A stretch of 45,450 nucleotides of DNA, taken from positions 1 to 45,450 of the forward strand of contig JALJEE010002225.1 in NCBI GenBank assembly GCA_023231475.1. The letters are read 5' to 3'. The stretch is from Seison nebaliae (taxonomy: Eukaryota). Numbering within the stretch: the stretch's first letter is position 1; every line of letters starts with the position of its first letter. Shown here one piece after another: positions 24,101 through 37,672 of this stretch. The position numbers and the translations under genes were made by a program. Below the pieces are notes generated by a model. The model saw only the letters and a list, made by a program, of their open reading frames with translations, made no database searches and was not told the DNA's origin.

Positions 24101-27100
24101 ACTACCGGCATATGGAAATGAGCAGAATGACGACGTATAAAATCGAAAGTTGTTTCATCGTCTATCTTCTCGAGGAATCGCTCATAGGCATAATGGACAA
24201 CTCCCTTCAACACTTCAACCGATTGATTTTGTTGAGTGTTCTGCAAATTGATTCCATTCGCAGCAAGAATTCTATCGCCTGGTTGTAATTGTCCATCATA
24301 TTCGGCTAAGCCATTAGGAATTAATCGAGTTATGACTACTTGATTATTTATCTGTTGTTGTTGCTGTTGTTGTTGTTGGGAGTCTCTATTGTCAGTCGGT
24401 GCAGTTCCAATAGAGAAACCTAATGATGGAGTGGGTAAAGAGAATTTGGCTCTCGGATCCAACAATGGCATTGACAAGTCGACATCATTCCTTTCCGCGT
24501 ATCTCTGCATTTCGAAAACTGTCGGCCATAATTCAATCGGTTGAACAATCTCATTCGTTCGTATCCTTTTCACTAATAATTGTACTTGAGATGGAGGCGC
24601 TTGTCGCAATGTATCCACAGCCACTGATCGTGGAACATTGATGCAAGAAACATTGTTCACTGAAACAAGAATGTCATTCAAACATAATCTGCCATCAATT
24701 GCTGCACATCCCCCGGGGATAATTTTCGTTATATAAATTAATCCTTCATTTTCCGCCAAATCATAATTTTGGAACGGATTTGAATGATTAACTCCACCAG
24801 CGATTGAGAAGCCTAATCCATTAACGAGGTTCTATAAACATTTTTACAATTTTTACTTTGAAAATTCAGTGCGAAAGAAAAGAAACCTTGTTTAATTGAA
24901 CAACCTCATATTCCCATCCACTTTCCGTCCAAATTTGAATTAATTGTTGCTGATAATTCATCTATTCAAATTAATTAATTCAAGTTTAACAAATTAATCG
25001 ATCGCGAATGGAAATAAGTGAAAATAAAATAGAATTTTTTCATACAAAGGAAAAGTTGTTAATAAGAGAAGCAGACAATTAATTACAAAGAAATAGAAAA
25101 TTAATACAACGTATGTGATAAGCACAGTAATTAAGTGAATTGGTGCAATAAATTTAAATTGAGAATAATATTATCATTATCATTATTGTTGTTTTTGTTG
25201 ATGTTGGTCGAGCAATAATAAGACAAGTTCTCAGAATAGGTATTAGGAGAAAAACGTGAACAACCAATCAATTATATATTGCATATGTAGAATTATGAGA
25301 GAAACTCGAATACATTCTAATTCTCCTAATTCATAATCGAATATTTAGTAGTTTCTCGTTAAAAAAATTTATTTTTAGGACATACTATATTTCTTTGAAA
25401 TTTTCTAATTAGAATAAAACGTCGAAGGCAAATGTTAAGAGTCACTTCTAATTAATTGAGTTGACATACATAACATTAAGAATGAACGACTATTTACCAA
25501 TTCAATTTATTGATATGAATGAATTGGTATAAATAATAAGAATTCGGTTCTTATTGCTCACTTCTTGTGTTTTTCTATTGAATTAGGAATGGAAATCATA
25601 TTATTCTCATTCGGATAATTAATTTCTATCAATATAACTCAATATATGTTCATCGTGCATTTCTCCCCCTTCAAATTTACGTCAATATCAATAATTATAA
25701 GGAATATCCATTATGGATTGAGTTTCCTAAAGATTCTTCTGTCAACTACTACTATTGGGATGTATGATAAGAGTACACAATTGTAATCGAGTTACAGATC
25801 TAACAATATGGAAGTAGAAATTATATCTAAATGACATCCAATTGAATTCCATCCTGAAAAAATGTGTTATGCAAGTCAACTAATTATTAATTAAAGAATA
25901 CATTTTTAACATTCCCATAACAATGACGTAATTTCGATTAATCGTAATATAATTCTCCTACTTTATTAATAATACGTACGGTTTTCAGTTATCGAATAAT
26001 GACATCGTTTCCGAAATGGAATGTTTGGAGTTGTAAGAGAATTCTTCTTCCTTTCACTACATAATGTAGGAAGAAGAGTTGGTAGATGATTACTACCCAT
26101 ATAACTAATCTATGAACATTTAATGCACGAGATCCATTATCTTACGACAACTTAGATAACTCATGGAAAATACGTAGGCAAACATCATGCAACAAACTCT
26201 CTGGTGCTTTGTTTCTCTTCTGATTAAAGAAAGAATTAATTTCATCTTCTTTTCTTTCAATTTTCCTAGGAAAATAAACACTATCAAATTAGTTCGTTTT
26301 TTCCCAAATTTTTTCTTTATAAAGAAATTGTCTTTTCTCGCATTTCATTTCTTTTCAGCTACAAATGTTACAAATATTCATTAAGAAATATCTTCTTATT
26401 GATGTGAATATTATCATTAATTGGAATGCCTTCCAAATTCTAATGGATATTCTAAATTGAATTTACTTTCAAAAAGAAGAAAAATATTGTAAATCATTAA
26501 AAAGGAGAAACTGATATTGATTCTTAAAGAAAACAAGGATGAAGGAGAAAATGATAAAGAATTTGAAAATGAAATTAAAAATGAACTCTAACGTTTTCAG
26601 CGAATTGTTGAGAGTGTTCCGATAATTTTGATGCAATATTGAATTTTGAAGAATTTTTATTTTTTCTACTATTGTTATTAGATATTTCCGAATTATCTTC
26701 TTTTTCGTCCTTACTATTATCCAATAATAATGGATCGGTAGAAGACACATTCACTCGTTTTCGTTCTTCTTGCACAGAATCATTAATCTCATCATTTGTC
26801 GATGGCACTTCTTTCGATGGAGCTATTTCTCCAATATGGAGATGAGATTCTTCTTTTTTAATATTAATCGGATCGTCTAAATTGATTGAATCAATATGAG
26901 ACGTATTATTTTGGTTCGACGAATTGTTTGTATGCAAATGGCTCCCAACATTTTGTCCATTTACTTTCGGATTGGATTGTTCGAAATTCAATTTATTTTC
27001 ACAGATTACCTTCTCTTCTTTACCTGAAACTGAATCATTGCTTACAGATGGATGAGGAGCGATTGACGTTCTTGTATTCAATTGCCAATTAGTCACTTGC

Positions 27101-30100
27101 GACTGACTCGTCTCATGGAAGTGGTGTGGATATGCTGGTATTATGATGTGAGGGTCGATTTGCGGATGATGTTGAAGAGAATTGTTATGAGGAGAATTGT
27201 ATGGGATTCCCTCCTGTTTAGTACATTGTTGTTGAATGTTGACTGGTAATGTTGGTTCGATCGTTTTATTCTGCTTCCGATCGTTAAGAACGGCGCTGGA
27301 AAAGGCCGATAATCCACCAATTATTTCTTGAGAGTTAATTGAATCGTTATTCTTTAAAGGATTTGATGATAGAAGAGAAATATATGTTTGAGTCAAAAAA
27401 AATTTTACTGGATGTTTATAAGATGAATTCTCATAAATTATAACATTAGATGATAATTATTAATTTTACTAATAATAATGTTAAGTTATTCATGGATAAC
27501 TAATAGATAATTATCTTTCCTCCTATTTCTCTCAAACAAACATCCTACAACTGTATATTAATAATAATAATAATAATAACAATAATATATTATTAAATTA
27601 TTTTCAGGTTAGTTTATATACTTGTAATGATTACACCTAATAATATTCCCATATTCCTCCAAACACACTTTTCTCAAATATCTTTTCGACATACTGATAA
27701 TAATACTTCATTTTTCATTGATGCTTACGGAATATTACATAAGTGAATTGTCAATAAGTAAAAATTAATATAACAATCGAATAATGACCATTCTAACGAT
27801 AATGAGAATTTCGTTTGATTGAGCAGCAAGTTCATAGGAAATTTCATGAATGAATCATTCAGCGCAGTTCCCTAAAATTTCCCTTTTGAGAAAAAATTAA
27901 TGGAATGTGATATGAGCAAAAAATTTCCTTTAGTCAAATAGACAACATACCAAAAGAAGAAAAAGCATCAACCAAATTTCGCTGTTGTTTATGTTCCACA
28001 AAAATGGATGAAGAAACTGATGTTCATTTTATCTCTCGTTCGCTAATCAGATATGTACAATAATAACATTCTTAAAATGCTAATGGACGCAAAATTTTGA
28101 GTTGAACTTTATTATTCCTCTTCATTTTTCTTATTCATGTCATCCAGAACATTTCAACGAACATTAACTTTGATGATTTAAAATTTTAATTCGTGAACAT
28201 TCAATTTATTCTCCACCGATAGGAATTAGGAAGGGCCGGACAGATAGTAAACTAAAAAATAATTGAATACATTTGATGAAATGAATTTATTTAAGATTCA
28301 TTGGAATGTTTACTTATATAAGATTAGCTCACACATACTCACCTTTAAATGTTAATGAATGACTCAACAAATAGTTGAGATGGAATATAATATAATTATG
28401 GATTGGTTTCATATGATTCCATATCTTTCGCTTCACTCACTCATAGTATAGTGTGGATAAATGCATAAATATTATTGTTTTGATTAGTGTGAACTCTAAT
28501 AATATTCCCATTTATTTATTCAGTTGCCTGTACATAATATAATTATTATACCACTATTCACCCTCTAGCAATCATAGGTGGTATTGTTGAAATTCAGAGG
28601 AAATAAATAAATAAACTACATAATAATATAGTGGAATTGATACACGTACGAGGAATAAATTCACAGGAAGATGTTGTTGACTTTCTGCAGCTGGCCGTAG
28701 GTATACACTAATACCAAAAATATGAATTAACTAAACTATCATTAAAAATGATTTATTAATGGAAGAATAGAGAATTTCACATTAACCAAATCGATTGACA
28801 AGATCTCATTACAGATATTCGACGTGATAACTAAATGAAATTCCCATTTCCAATATTTTTCTGGTAAAGATTTTTTTACTTATAATCTGATGTCATCTTG
28901 TCAACAATTCGTCAAATTCTGTTATCTGATTTATTAGGAACATGTAGAATGAAGGAACTGGTGGGATTAATAATAATACATCTTACTTAACCGAAACACA
29001 ATTGCTCATTGTAAGCAAATGAAGGAGGGGGAGAAGACTCATCAATGGAAAATAAATCGATCAAAACATCGGAATAAAAGAATCTTATTAAACTCAAGAC
29101 GATTGTGCCATATATTTCTGCCATGTCTTGAATACTTATGGACAATTGTGCTCGTACGGCCAAATAAATATTTCTAGCTCAACACTCATTCGACATGCAG
29201 TCAGTCATCCAACTGAACATCACATCAATTGTGTGGATTATAAGAGAAAAAGTTTAGGAAATATACGTACGTACAATTAGTATTCGTTTCGAACAATATG
29301 TTCATTTTATAACAATATTCGTCTTCCTATTATTCTTCCTTTCCATTGTCGTATATCTAAACGAACCACAAGTAAATAAATGCGTCAAATAATATGCACA
29401 TAACGATATTAATTATCGGTGCACATATTCATTTTCATTATTTCTCTTCGATTTATATAATATTATGTCTGATGTTCTTCTAATAAATTTCTTTTATTCC
29501 ACATCATATCCAAAAGATATTCTCATTTTATTTATATTTTTCTTATTAATTTTTGCATTTACACATACACACACATACACACATACACATTGACACATGT
29601 GCACAGTCATGATAATGATAAAAATAAGATCAGGGAATGTATTATTATTTTATAATTTTTATTTTATAGAAAAAAGAGAAATTTTCCTTCCAGTAAAATT
29701 CTTTCCTTCATCTTCTAAGAATACTTTACTTTCCATTGGTATAGAATAACAATAACAACAACACTATATAGAACAATAAGTGGAATAATAAGATTCGACT
29801 TTTACATTATTGCAATCTATTCAACTGTGCCCATTTCGTGTATGCAAGTGAATATTCATAAATATACATCATCCAACTCTCAGTCATCCACAACTCAATA
29901 AAGTAAATTTGATTTCGCCACAAGTACTATTATGACGTCGTATTTTCTTGCACGTACATCTGATTTAATCAAACCACAGTCTTACTGTGTAAAGTGACTG
30001 ATGGAAGTGTTATCGAAAAGAAAATAAAAGTTTCCATATCATCAGCTGTCATAAAAATTCATAATCGAACATGCAAATTATATTTTGTAGCGAAATTAAT

Positions 30101-31140
30101 ATTAGTCTATGAGTAAAGCGAACGTGAAAAATTATTTATAAAATCACCCCGAAAAACGACTAGAAGTTATTAAACAGACATTATTTTTCCATTAACACAC
30201 AATTGCACGAAGCGACAAAAATTTCTAATAAGAGAAAGAAAAAACTTACATGATTTTTCAATGGATCTTCTTCCATCAATTCACTTTCGTTATCCGTCGT
30301 GTAGACATTATGCGACTTGGTTAAACGATTCTCCGATTCATTCGATTGTTTCTCATCTAACGATAAATGATATTTGTCTAGCGGAACTAATGCTGATTTA
30401 TTAAGAGCAACAATATTTTGCATAATAATGCTACTTCTTTCACTTAAATTGTTTCTTCGTTTACATTCATCACTGGATTTGGATGAAGTTGAAGAATTGA
30501 AATTTGACCGCGTAGAGAATGCTGGTGAGTTTTTCGATGAAGTTTTATTCATTTTTTGAATTGATTCATTATTATCTAAATTATTTTCTATAGATATTGA
30601 TGATTTTGGATATGGAATCTCTTTTTTCGGTTTCGGCGATGAAGTTGCTTCCGGTTTCTTTAATTCCGTTTCAAAACAATAATCGTATTCGTCTTTCTTT
30701 ATTTCATTGAGATTGTTACCATCAATTATTTCTGTTGCTTCATTCCACTTCATTTGCACATTCGCTGTTTTGGATTCGTTCGTGGCCACGGATGATATTC
30801 CAGAAGTTGTTACTGTTGTCATTGATTTACTCAAAATTGCTTCACCTTTCTCCTTTCCACTAAACGAATTTTTATAGTTTAACAAATCTTTCTGATTCCA
30901 CTTGCCAATCATGGATTGTGAAACTTGAACTTTCTTTGACAAAGGAACATTCTCATCGAGGAGAATGACATCATAAAAATTGTACATTTCAACTAATGCT
31001 TGAAATAATTTCGATTTGAATAATCTCACCAATTTTTCAAGATTCGTTCGCAGTTGATGTTCCTCATGATTTGCCAATTTAACTGCATAATCTTCGATTA
31101 ATTCCAATGCTTTATGAGCTTCAGTTGCACGAACACTCAT
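15198..31140 (-). CDS. dlg1: Discs large (DLG1/SAP97-like) MAGUK: L27-PDZ1-PDZ2-PDZ3(degenerate)-SH3-GuK; 13 exons
   Basis: Exons 31140-30250, 27351-26593, 24961-24887, 24831-23225, 23167-22962, 22928-22776, 17007-16911, 16853-16300, 16239-16189, 16138-16040, 15976-15804, 15759-15650, 15594-15198 total 5172 nt (1723 aa). L27: [21 protein letters not shown]1: [11 protein letters not shown]3: [26 protein letters not shown]. GuK: PHTTRPKR..FIEAGQF..LYGTS..AIRRLQ. Exon 2 and the PDZ3 exon boundaries are less certain. Confidence 0.92.
24352..24378 (-). repeat. Poly-Gln (Q9) tract inserted in DLG PDZ2
   Basis: (CAA/CAG)9 between LGFSIG and VVITRLI. Confidence 0.9.
29561..29603. repeat. (CA/ACACAT)n microsatellite in DLG intron 1
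   Basis: acacatacacacacatacacacatacacattgacacatgtgca. Confidence 0.85.
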
Positions 31141-34100
31141 TTTCGTATTCTTTTGAATAATGATTCTTTTTTTCACACTTCCTTTTATAATTAGACGCGA
31201 AAAAGTTAAAGTAACGTGATTATTATATAATCATCTGGTAATGATATGAAGAATGAGAATGAAAAGAAGAAGATTATAATGATGAACGTCAATGAATGAA
31301 TAAATTAGATGAAGGAGAATGTGAGAAGAATATGGTGGTATAAACAGAATCAAACAACGGAGAAAAGTAGTTCTGATCGGTAATATCATCATCGACATGA
31401 ACATGATCAATTCTTCTTTATTGTCGATATCATTACCATCATCAGATGTGAAGTGGAAGAAACTTTATTTTTTTTAGTGTATTTGTCTGTACTTCACAAA
31501 TTGAATTGGATCATATCGATTTGATATACAACGGTAGGATGAGTATACAGATAAGATGTAATCTAATACAATATACTTGTCCTTCAATTTGAAGGAAGAG
31601 TGTCGCTATCAAAAAGTAGTTGAACTGAAATTTTCTCCGGGAAATTTTATTTATTTCACGATTTCTTTATTGTTATATTTATTATTTTATATTGCTATAC
31701 ATATTCATATATATTATGCTCATTATTCTTCTGGATGAGATATATTCTCAATTTGTCTTATCCCATTAATTTATACACCTTCCACTCTTCTCAATTTACA
31801 CTGACAATTGGAGATAATAATCACTTGTCATCTTCCTAAAGACATAACGAAATAGGAAAGTGCTCGAATAGCTACTGTTGTGTTACACCATCAACTCGAA
31901 GTTAAATGAAGACAAGTTCTATGGAGAAACTAAAACCTTCTTTTTGACAACTAAAAAGGAATTGATTGTTTTCGATTGACCAAAATATTTTTCTTCTTTT
32001 CTTAACATTGATATCCAATTATTTTCTGCTCAACATTATTCTCCCCTCCTTCCATTCTCCCTGGAACTAAGATAACTATTCTTTCCAAGCAATCCTTCTT
32101 AATCAATTACATATCCATCAAATATAATCTAATTAATTAAAAAAATAATCATGATCATAATAGAAATATTAAAAGATACGAGTGTGACGTATTTCTTTTC
32201 TTGTGTAAAAATGAGTGGGTGAGACGATTTTGCTTGATATAGTATCAAATCGTATTAAAATAAGAATTACATTTACCTTTGGTCTTTTCGAAGTTTAACA
32301 TGAAAAAACGAAAAGAAATTAATTTTGTAAGACGATTCGAATTATCTTATACGAAAAGGACATTCTATATTTCTAATTTCTGACAATTATTCTTTCACCA
32401 CATCTTTAATCTTACAAAAATCGAACTGGAATATGGTCGATTATTTATTTTCGAGTATAATTATTGTAACATATTATATAATGAAATTTTATAAAAATAT
32501 AACAATATCATTCTTCTTTATGTTCCAAATACCTGTTGATTTTTCTAAATTTTTTTTGTAACTATTTAAATATATCATGATGTAGTATAATGTAGTTATC
32601 GAATTTTCTATCAAATTCATTAGGCAGCCAACAACTTCTACAATCATTCAAACTTTAAATTCATACAAACGGAAATTGAATAATAACATCTAAGAAAATA
32701 GTAACTCTTCATCAAAATCATTTTAACATGATCATAAAAAATTATATGTTCTTATAGTTTTTGGTTCTATTTTGCAAAATCATTCTAATTATAACTAATT
32801 AGTATTGCATACTAATTAGCAGAAGTATCCGTCTGATATTTTTAAAATAACAATTTGACGTTATCATTTACCAATACTCTCATCGTATACATTTGAATAG
32901 TTTGGTAACGGTTAGTCAATTTTCATAGGTATACCGTCCGAAATTAGTATAGAAAGTTGTCCACTTTATTAAATAAGGATAAAATGGAAAAGAAAGGTTA
33001 ATAATTGTCCGACAATGGACAAAAAGTAATATTTTTAAGATTTTCTTAATAAATTTTGAATAAGACTAGTCTGCTAATGGGGAATTGGGATTGTTATGAA
33101 TAATAAGAATACACTAGACGCATTAAGAAAATTTTTCTATTAATGCATAAAATTTTAAACAGTACACATAACATCATCTGATAATTCATAAAGATGTTGT
33201 GTTCAAATTCCAATACACATGTTGGTATTTAGCCATGCATTCGTCGATTTTTACTAATTACATTTACTACTCGATTTCGTGTTTATCATATTATTCATGG
33301 TTTTGATTCGATTATCGATTTTATATAAAACAATTTACCTGATCATGTTGATTTGATCATGAGAAATATGTCTAGAAATCAAATAGAATATGATATGTAG
33401 TCGAAGAAGAAATCGGTCGTTATCGATTGAGAATAATGAAATAAATTAGAATCGTACGAATCAGGTTGAATAGAGAAAATTAATGAATGTTCAATTTATA
33501 CTATTATTGATGGAAAAAAATTGTTCTACTATATAACTTTCGTCATAAGATGCATCTCAAAGGAATGAAGTACATGTACGGGCATGTGAACATCAACCTC
33601 AAACAAATCAAGTTTTTATTGCCGTCGGATATCATTCTCAATCGCTTCGTTTATTAAATTCATCATCATCATCATCATAATCGACAACAAAAGCAACATC
33701 TTATAACCAGATTTGTATTGTTCCATTAAGGAACTAAGATCTAATTGAATATTTGATCATACATATCTCACATTCTCCACAATTCTTTCCTCTTATCGAA
33801 ATTCACAAGCAGCTTCTCATCTGAAATTACTAGTGAAATTATTTGGTTGAACATCAACGAACGATCGAGTTCCGTTTGCTCAACAATCGATACATGATAT
33901 GATGTCGAATTGCGTACGATTTTTATGGAAAACCACCATGAGTGTTGAGAAGAAGAAATAAATGAGAAAAGAATGAGGGAAATCACTCAAAATAAAATAG
34001 TTTTCTTGAGAGAAAATAACGATTACATAAGATGCAATATGTTAACACTGCTAATCTTACTACTTTCACTTGTGGAACTAATAGAACGTTTATGTGAAGG

Positions 34101-36217
34101 TTATGAAGCACACCACTTCACCCGGATAAGTGTGTTCTTCGAACAAACAAATTTATATTTAACATCATTTGAAGATTTGACGGAAGAGAAATGGAAGAAA
34201 AGTAGAGACAACCAAACACAATTTACATATATATAATAGTAGTATAAGGAAGCAAAAAATAGAATTGACAAATGAAGGAACGCGAAGAGATTCTCTTCAA
34301 GAGAAATTCTCTTTGGCTTCATCAGATGAATGAACATGCATATGGTGTTTTCAATAGAATTAAGGAGTTATGATCTCAACTCGCCTGGAGATATGAGAGA
34401 GAACAATAATCAATTTAATTTATCATTTAAGTAAACGATTTCCATGATTTACAAAGAATGATGTCATCATACTGAATTGATTATCTTTTCACGACCATTG
34501 ATACCATCATTCTTTCCTAATGTCACTTCACTATGATTCATCGTCGAATAAATGAATTATTTCGATTTATTTTCAGTTTATTGCTTCGTTTCGTTCAATT
34601 CATTAAAGGGAGAAATATAAAAAAAGTAAAAGAAATTTAACAAAGAAAGAATTAAAAAAAGTTATCTTTTTCTCTTTTTTCCCGAACAAAAGGTGTTTGG
34701 ACGTACATGTTAAAAGTTTCGTATTTTAGGTACTAGCTAAAACTTGCTAGTCAAAGGAGATAAACGGATTAACATTCTCATTTTATCCTTAAGAGAATAG
34801 AGATGGAAATAGAAATGAAGCTGCTAGGGTTTAGAACATCTTGAAAGGCTAACTCGTTTTTAACGACTTATTTTCAATTCATCTTTCAATATTACATGAT
34901 TATTTTTAACATTTCCGGCACTTATACAAATTTTTCCATTCGTAATATGATGTTCACAATTATTTTCCATTAAAACAGTTCTCATCTCAAATAGAATTTT
35001 TACATTTTGGTAATTTATTACAGTTTTCTGGGATCAAATTCAAATGGTCATCGTAATTATTATTGTTAGATAAGAATGAATTTAAACATTATCTAATAGA
35101 TCGCTATCTATCATTATCTCTTATCAAAACATTTTAAGTATTTAATAAAAAAAGAGGTGTAATGTGTTTGATTTAGATTATCTGACTTTAATAGACGTAA
35201 TTGCTATCTCCAGTTACTCCCAATATTGATATAAAATATAATTTCCTAAAGATTGTTTATTTATTTATTTATTCTACAATTATTATTTCCGTCATGTTCA
35301 AAGTTCATCGGAAATAAAGTGATGAATAAACAAATCTCTTATTGGTTGACGGTAAATATTGGATCCATTGATTCTCTTCACCTGTCGATTACATCCGACT
35401 GTAAAATATATGAATATAACTGTTAATAAACATTACCTAAAAATAAAAGCGCTACTAAAATAAAGGTAGTCTTGTAAATTAAAATCGAATTAAAAGAAGG
35501 AAGTATTTAACATGGAAGGTTGGAATGATGTTATCACCTACAAAATTATTTACAAACTATTCTTTAAGAATAATACTATGAATAACATTATAAAAATGTG
35601 TCTCCTCACTCTTATTCGACTTAAGTGGAATACGATATATATAAAGAGATCGTTATCAAGATTATGATAGTTACCTATTCTTCTCCGTTGTTTACTTGTT
35701 ATTAATCGTCCATTAAAACTTTCGTGTCATAAATTCATTTAATACTTCACTGACTGGAACTTGTGATAAAATGCCTAAGACATAGAATATTTCCAACTCG
35801 ACTAATTATCATAATTAATAACGGATAACTTATTGCATGGTAACATATTTCAATTTGAATTATATTTCGAAATGACTGAACTGAATATAATCATATTTAT
35901 TTTACTTACAGCACATTCCTCACTACTAAAGTTTTTAGTAAATTAGATCAATGTCTAATTCAAATAATATTATTAATTGACTTAATGAAATGGCGGGAGA
36001 TAATCATCAAACTAATAACAATAATTTGGAATTCAGATAACAATTGAAATTTTTCGAAAATTTTTACGTTCAAAACATCACATTTATTTTAAGATTTTTT
36101 TATTTTACTAGTTTTCTAGAATGAAATAAAAAGAATGACTAGACGTAAAATTTTAGAGAACAATAAATATAATAGAAAATAAAGTAATCTGAAAAAGATT
36201 TTAGATTATAAATCTGG

Positions 36218-37672
36218 TTAATTCGTTGCTATTTGTTTGGAGGAACTATGTGGCGCATCATTATCAGTTTTAGATGATTTACTTACATATTCCCAATTAT
36301 GTACCATTATCTTTTGAACGGCTAATAATGCTTGATATCGAACATTCGTATCAGGATGAGTTAACAGAGCCATAATGATCTGTTTCCCACCCAATTGTTC
36401 CAACACATGCTTACCACGACCATAATATCTGACATATTGTCCGAGATCATGAGCCGCAACACAAATTGATAATGGATCTTTATTTTCTTTCAGACATTGA
36501 ATAAGAATTCGAATTAACTCATAATTGTTCGCATTTAAATTATGTGCATTTTCTGCCCAGAACTTTTCTGACTTATGAACTGGCGACCATTCTAATTGTC
36601 TTGTTTTAATTTCTGCTTGATATTCATCGAATGATGAAATGCCATCAATTCTCACTTCTAATTCTTTACAAATATATTCCAAGTCGTCTTTTAATTCAAT
36701 ATCTTTAATTTCTTTTCCTTCCGTATAAATAGATAATCGTCGAAGAACTTTCAAATGTACCATAGTAACAGCATTATTCTTTCTCATTTCTTTATCTTCC
36801 ACAACATCCAATAAGTTCCTTAACAAAGCACAAACAATTCTCACTACTTTCTCACGAGCTGAATCTCCAATTAATTCAGTAAAAGCTGCGAGATATTTCG
36901 GTTTGGATATTTGTTCGGCAAAATCTTTCTCATAAGTCAATTGCCAGAAAACGAAGCAAATTTGATAATGAATTTGAAATCCAACATTTTCACATAATAA
37001 TTCTAGAAATCGTGGAGCACATTGGTTCGCAATAATCGCTATACGATAGTCTTCAATTCTTGCCATATACTGGAAACATCTACAAATGTTTTGAGTAAAT
37101 TCCTTTTCTCTTCCCAACTGATCTTTCAACCAAGTTACATAATATGTCAATTCTCTTCCTTTTAAGCGTTGATCCGATTTCCCCCAACATGCCAGTTTCA
37201 TAACGATTCGACAAATCATATTAACAATGAAATCATTCGGTCGCACTAACATCAATAGAAATGGTTGCCAAACACTCTCATGTTTCTCTTTTGCCATTGC
37301 AAAAAAATATTGACAAATCGTCGGATTTTCTTTTAATAGATCATCCAATAATGTGAGAATGTATGCCACCATCTCATCTTTCGGTAATGCTCCGAATAAG
37401 GTGGTAAAAACTTGCACAAAACTTTTTTGAAAACTCTCTTCCGTAAATAAATCTTTTCTTTTAATTGGAGATGATTGTAAAATTTGAGTGATGATACGAT
37501 GCTCTTCTTGATTGATAATTTGAGCCTGTAAATAACTCTGCCAATTTATTCGTTTCTCCCGATAAATATCAGCTCGCTGATGAAATTTAGAAATAGCGGC
37601 ACGTTTCTCTTCTTCATATGTCGCTAAAGATGACATAGTTCTCCCATCATTTCCTGGTAGATTAGTGGCCAT
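36218..37672 (-). CDS. ATP6V1H: V-type proton ATPase V1 subunit H, intronless
   Basis: 484-aa ORF with INWQSYLQAQII, YILTLLDDLL, GFQIHYQ, REKVVRI, SSFDEY..E...LEWSPVHKSEKFWAENA, VAAHDLGQYVRYY and VRYQALLAVQKIMVHNWEY. Confidence 0.97.
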   Translation of the reverse strand: MATNLPGNDGRTMSSLATYEEEKRAAISKFHQRADIYREKRINWQSYLQAQIINQEEHRIITQILQSSPIKRKDLFTEESFQKSFVQVFTTLFGALPKDEMVAYILTLLDDLLKENPTICQYFFAMAKEKHESVWQPFLLMLVRPNDFIVNMICRIVMKLACWGKSDQRLKGRELTYYVTWLKDQLGREKEFTQNICRCFQYMARIEDYRIAIIANQCAPRFLELLCENVGFQIHYQICFVFWQLTYEKDFAEQISKPKYLAAFTELIGDSAREKVVRIVCALLRNLLDVVEDKEMRKNNAVTMVHLKVLRRLSIYTEGKEIKDIELKDDLEYICKELEVRIDGISSFDEYQAEIKTRQLEWSPVHKSEKFWAENAHNLNANNYELIRILIQCLKENKDPLSICVAAHDLGQYVRYYGRGKHVLEQLGGKQIIMALLTHPDTNVRYQALLAVQKIMVHNWEYVSKSSKTDNDAPHSSSKQIATN

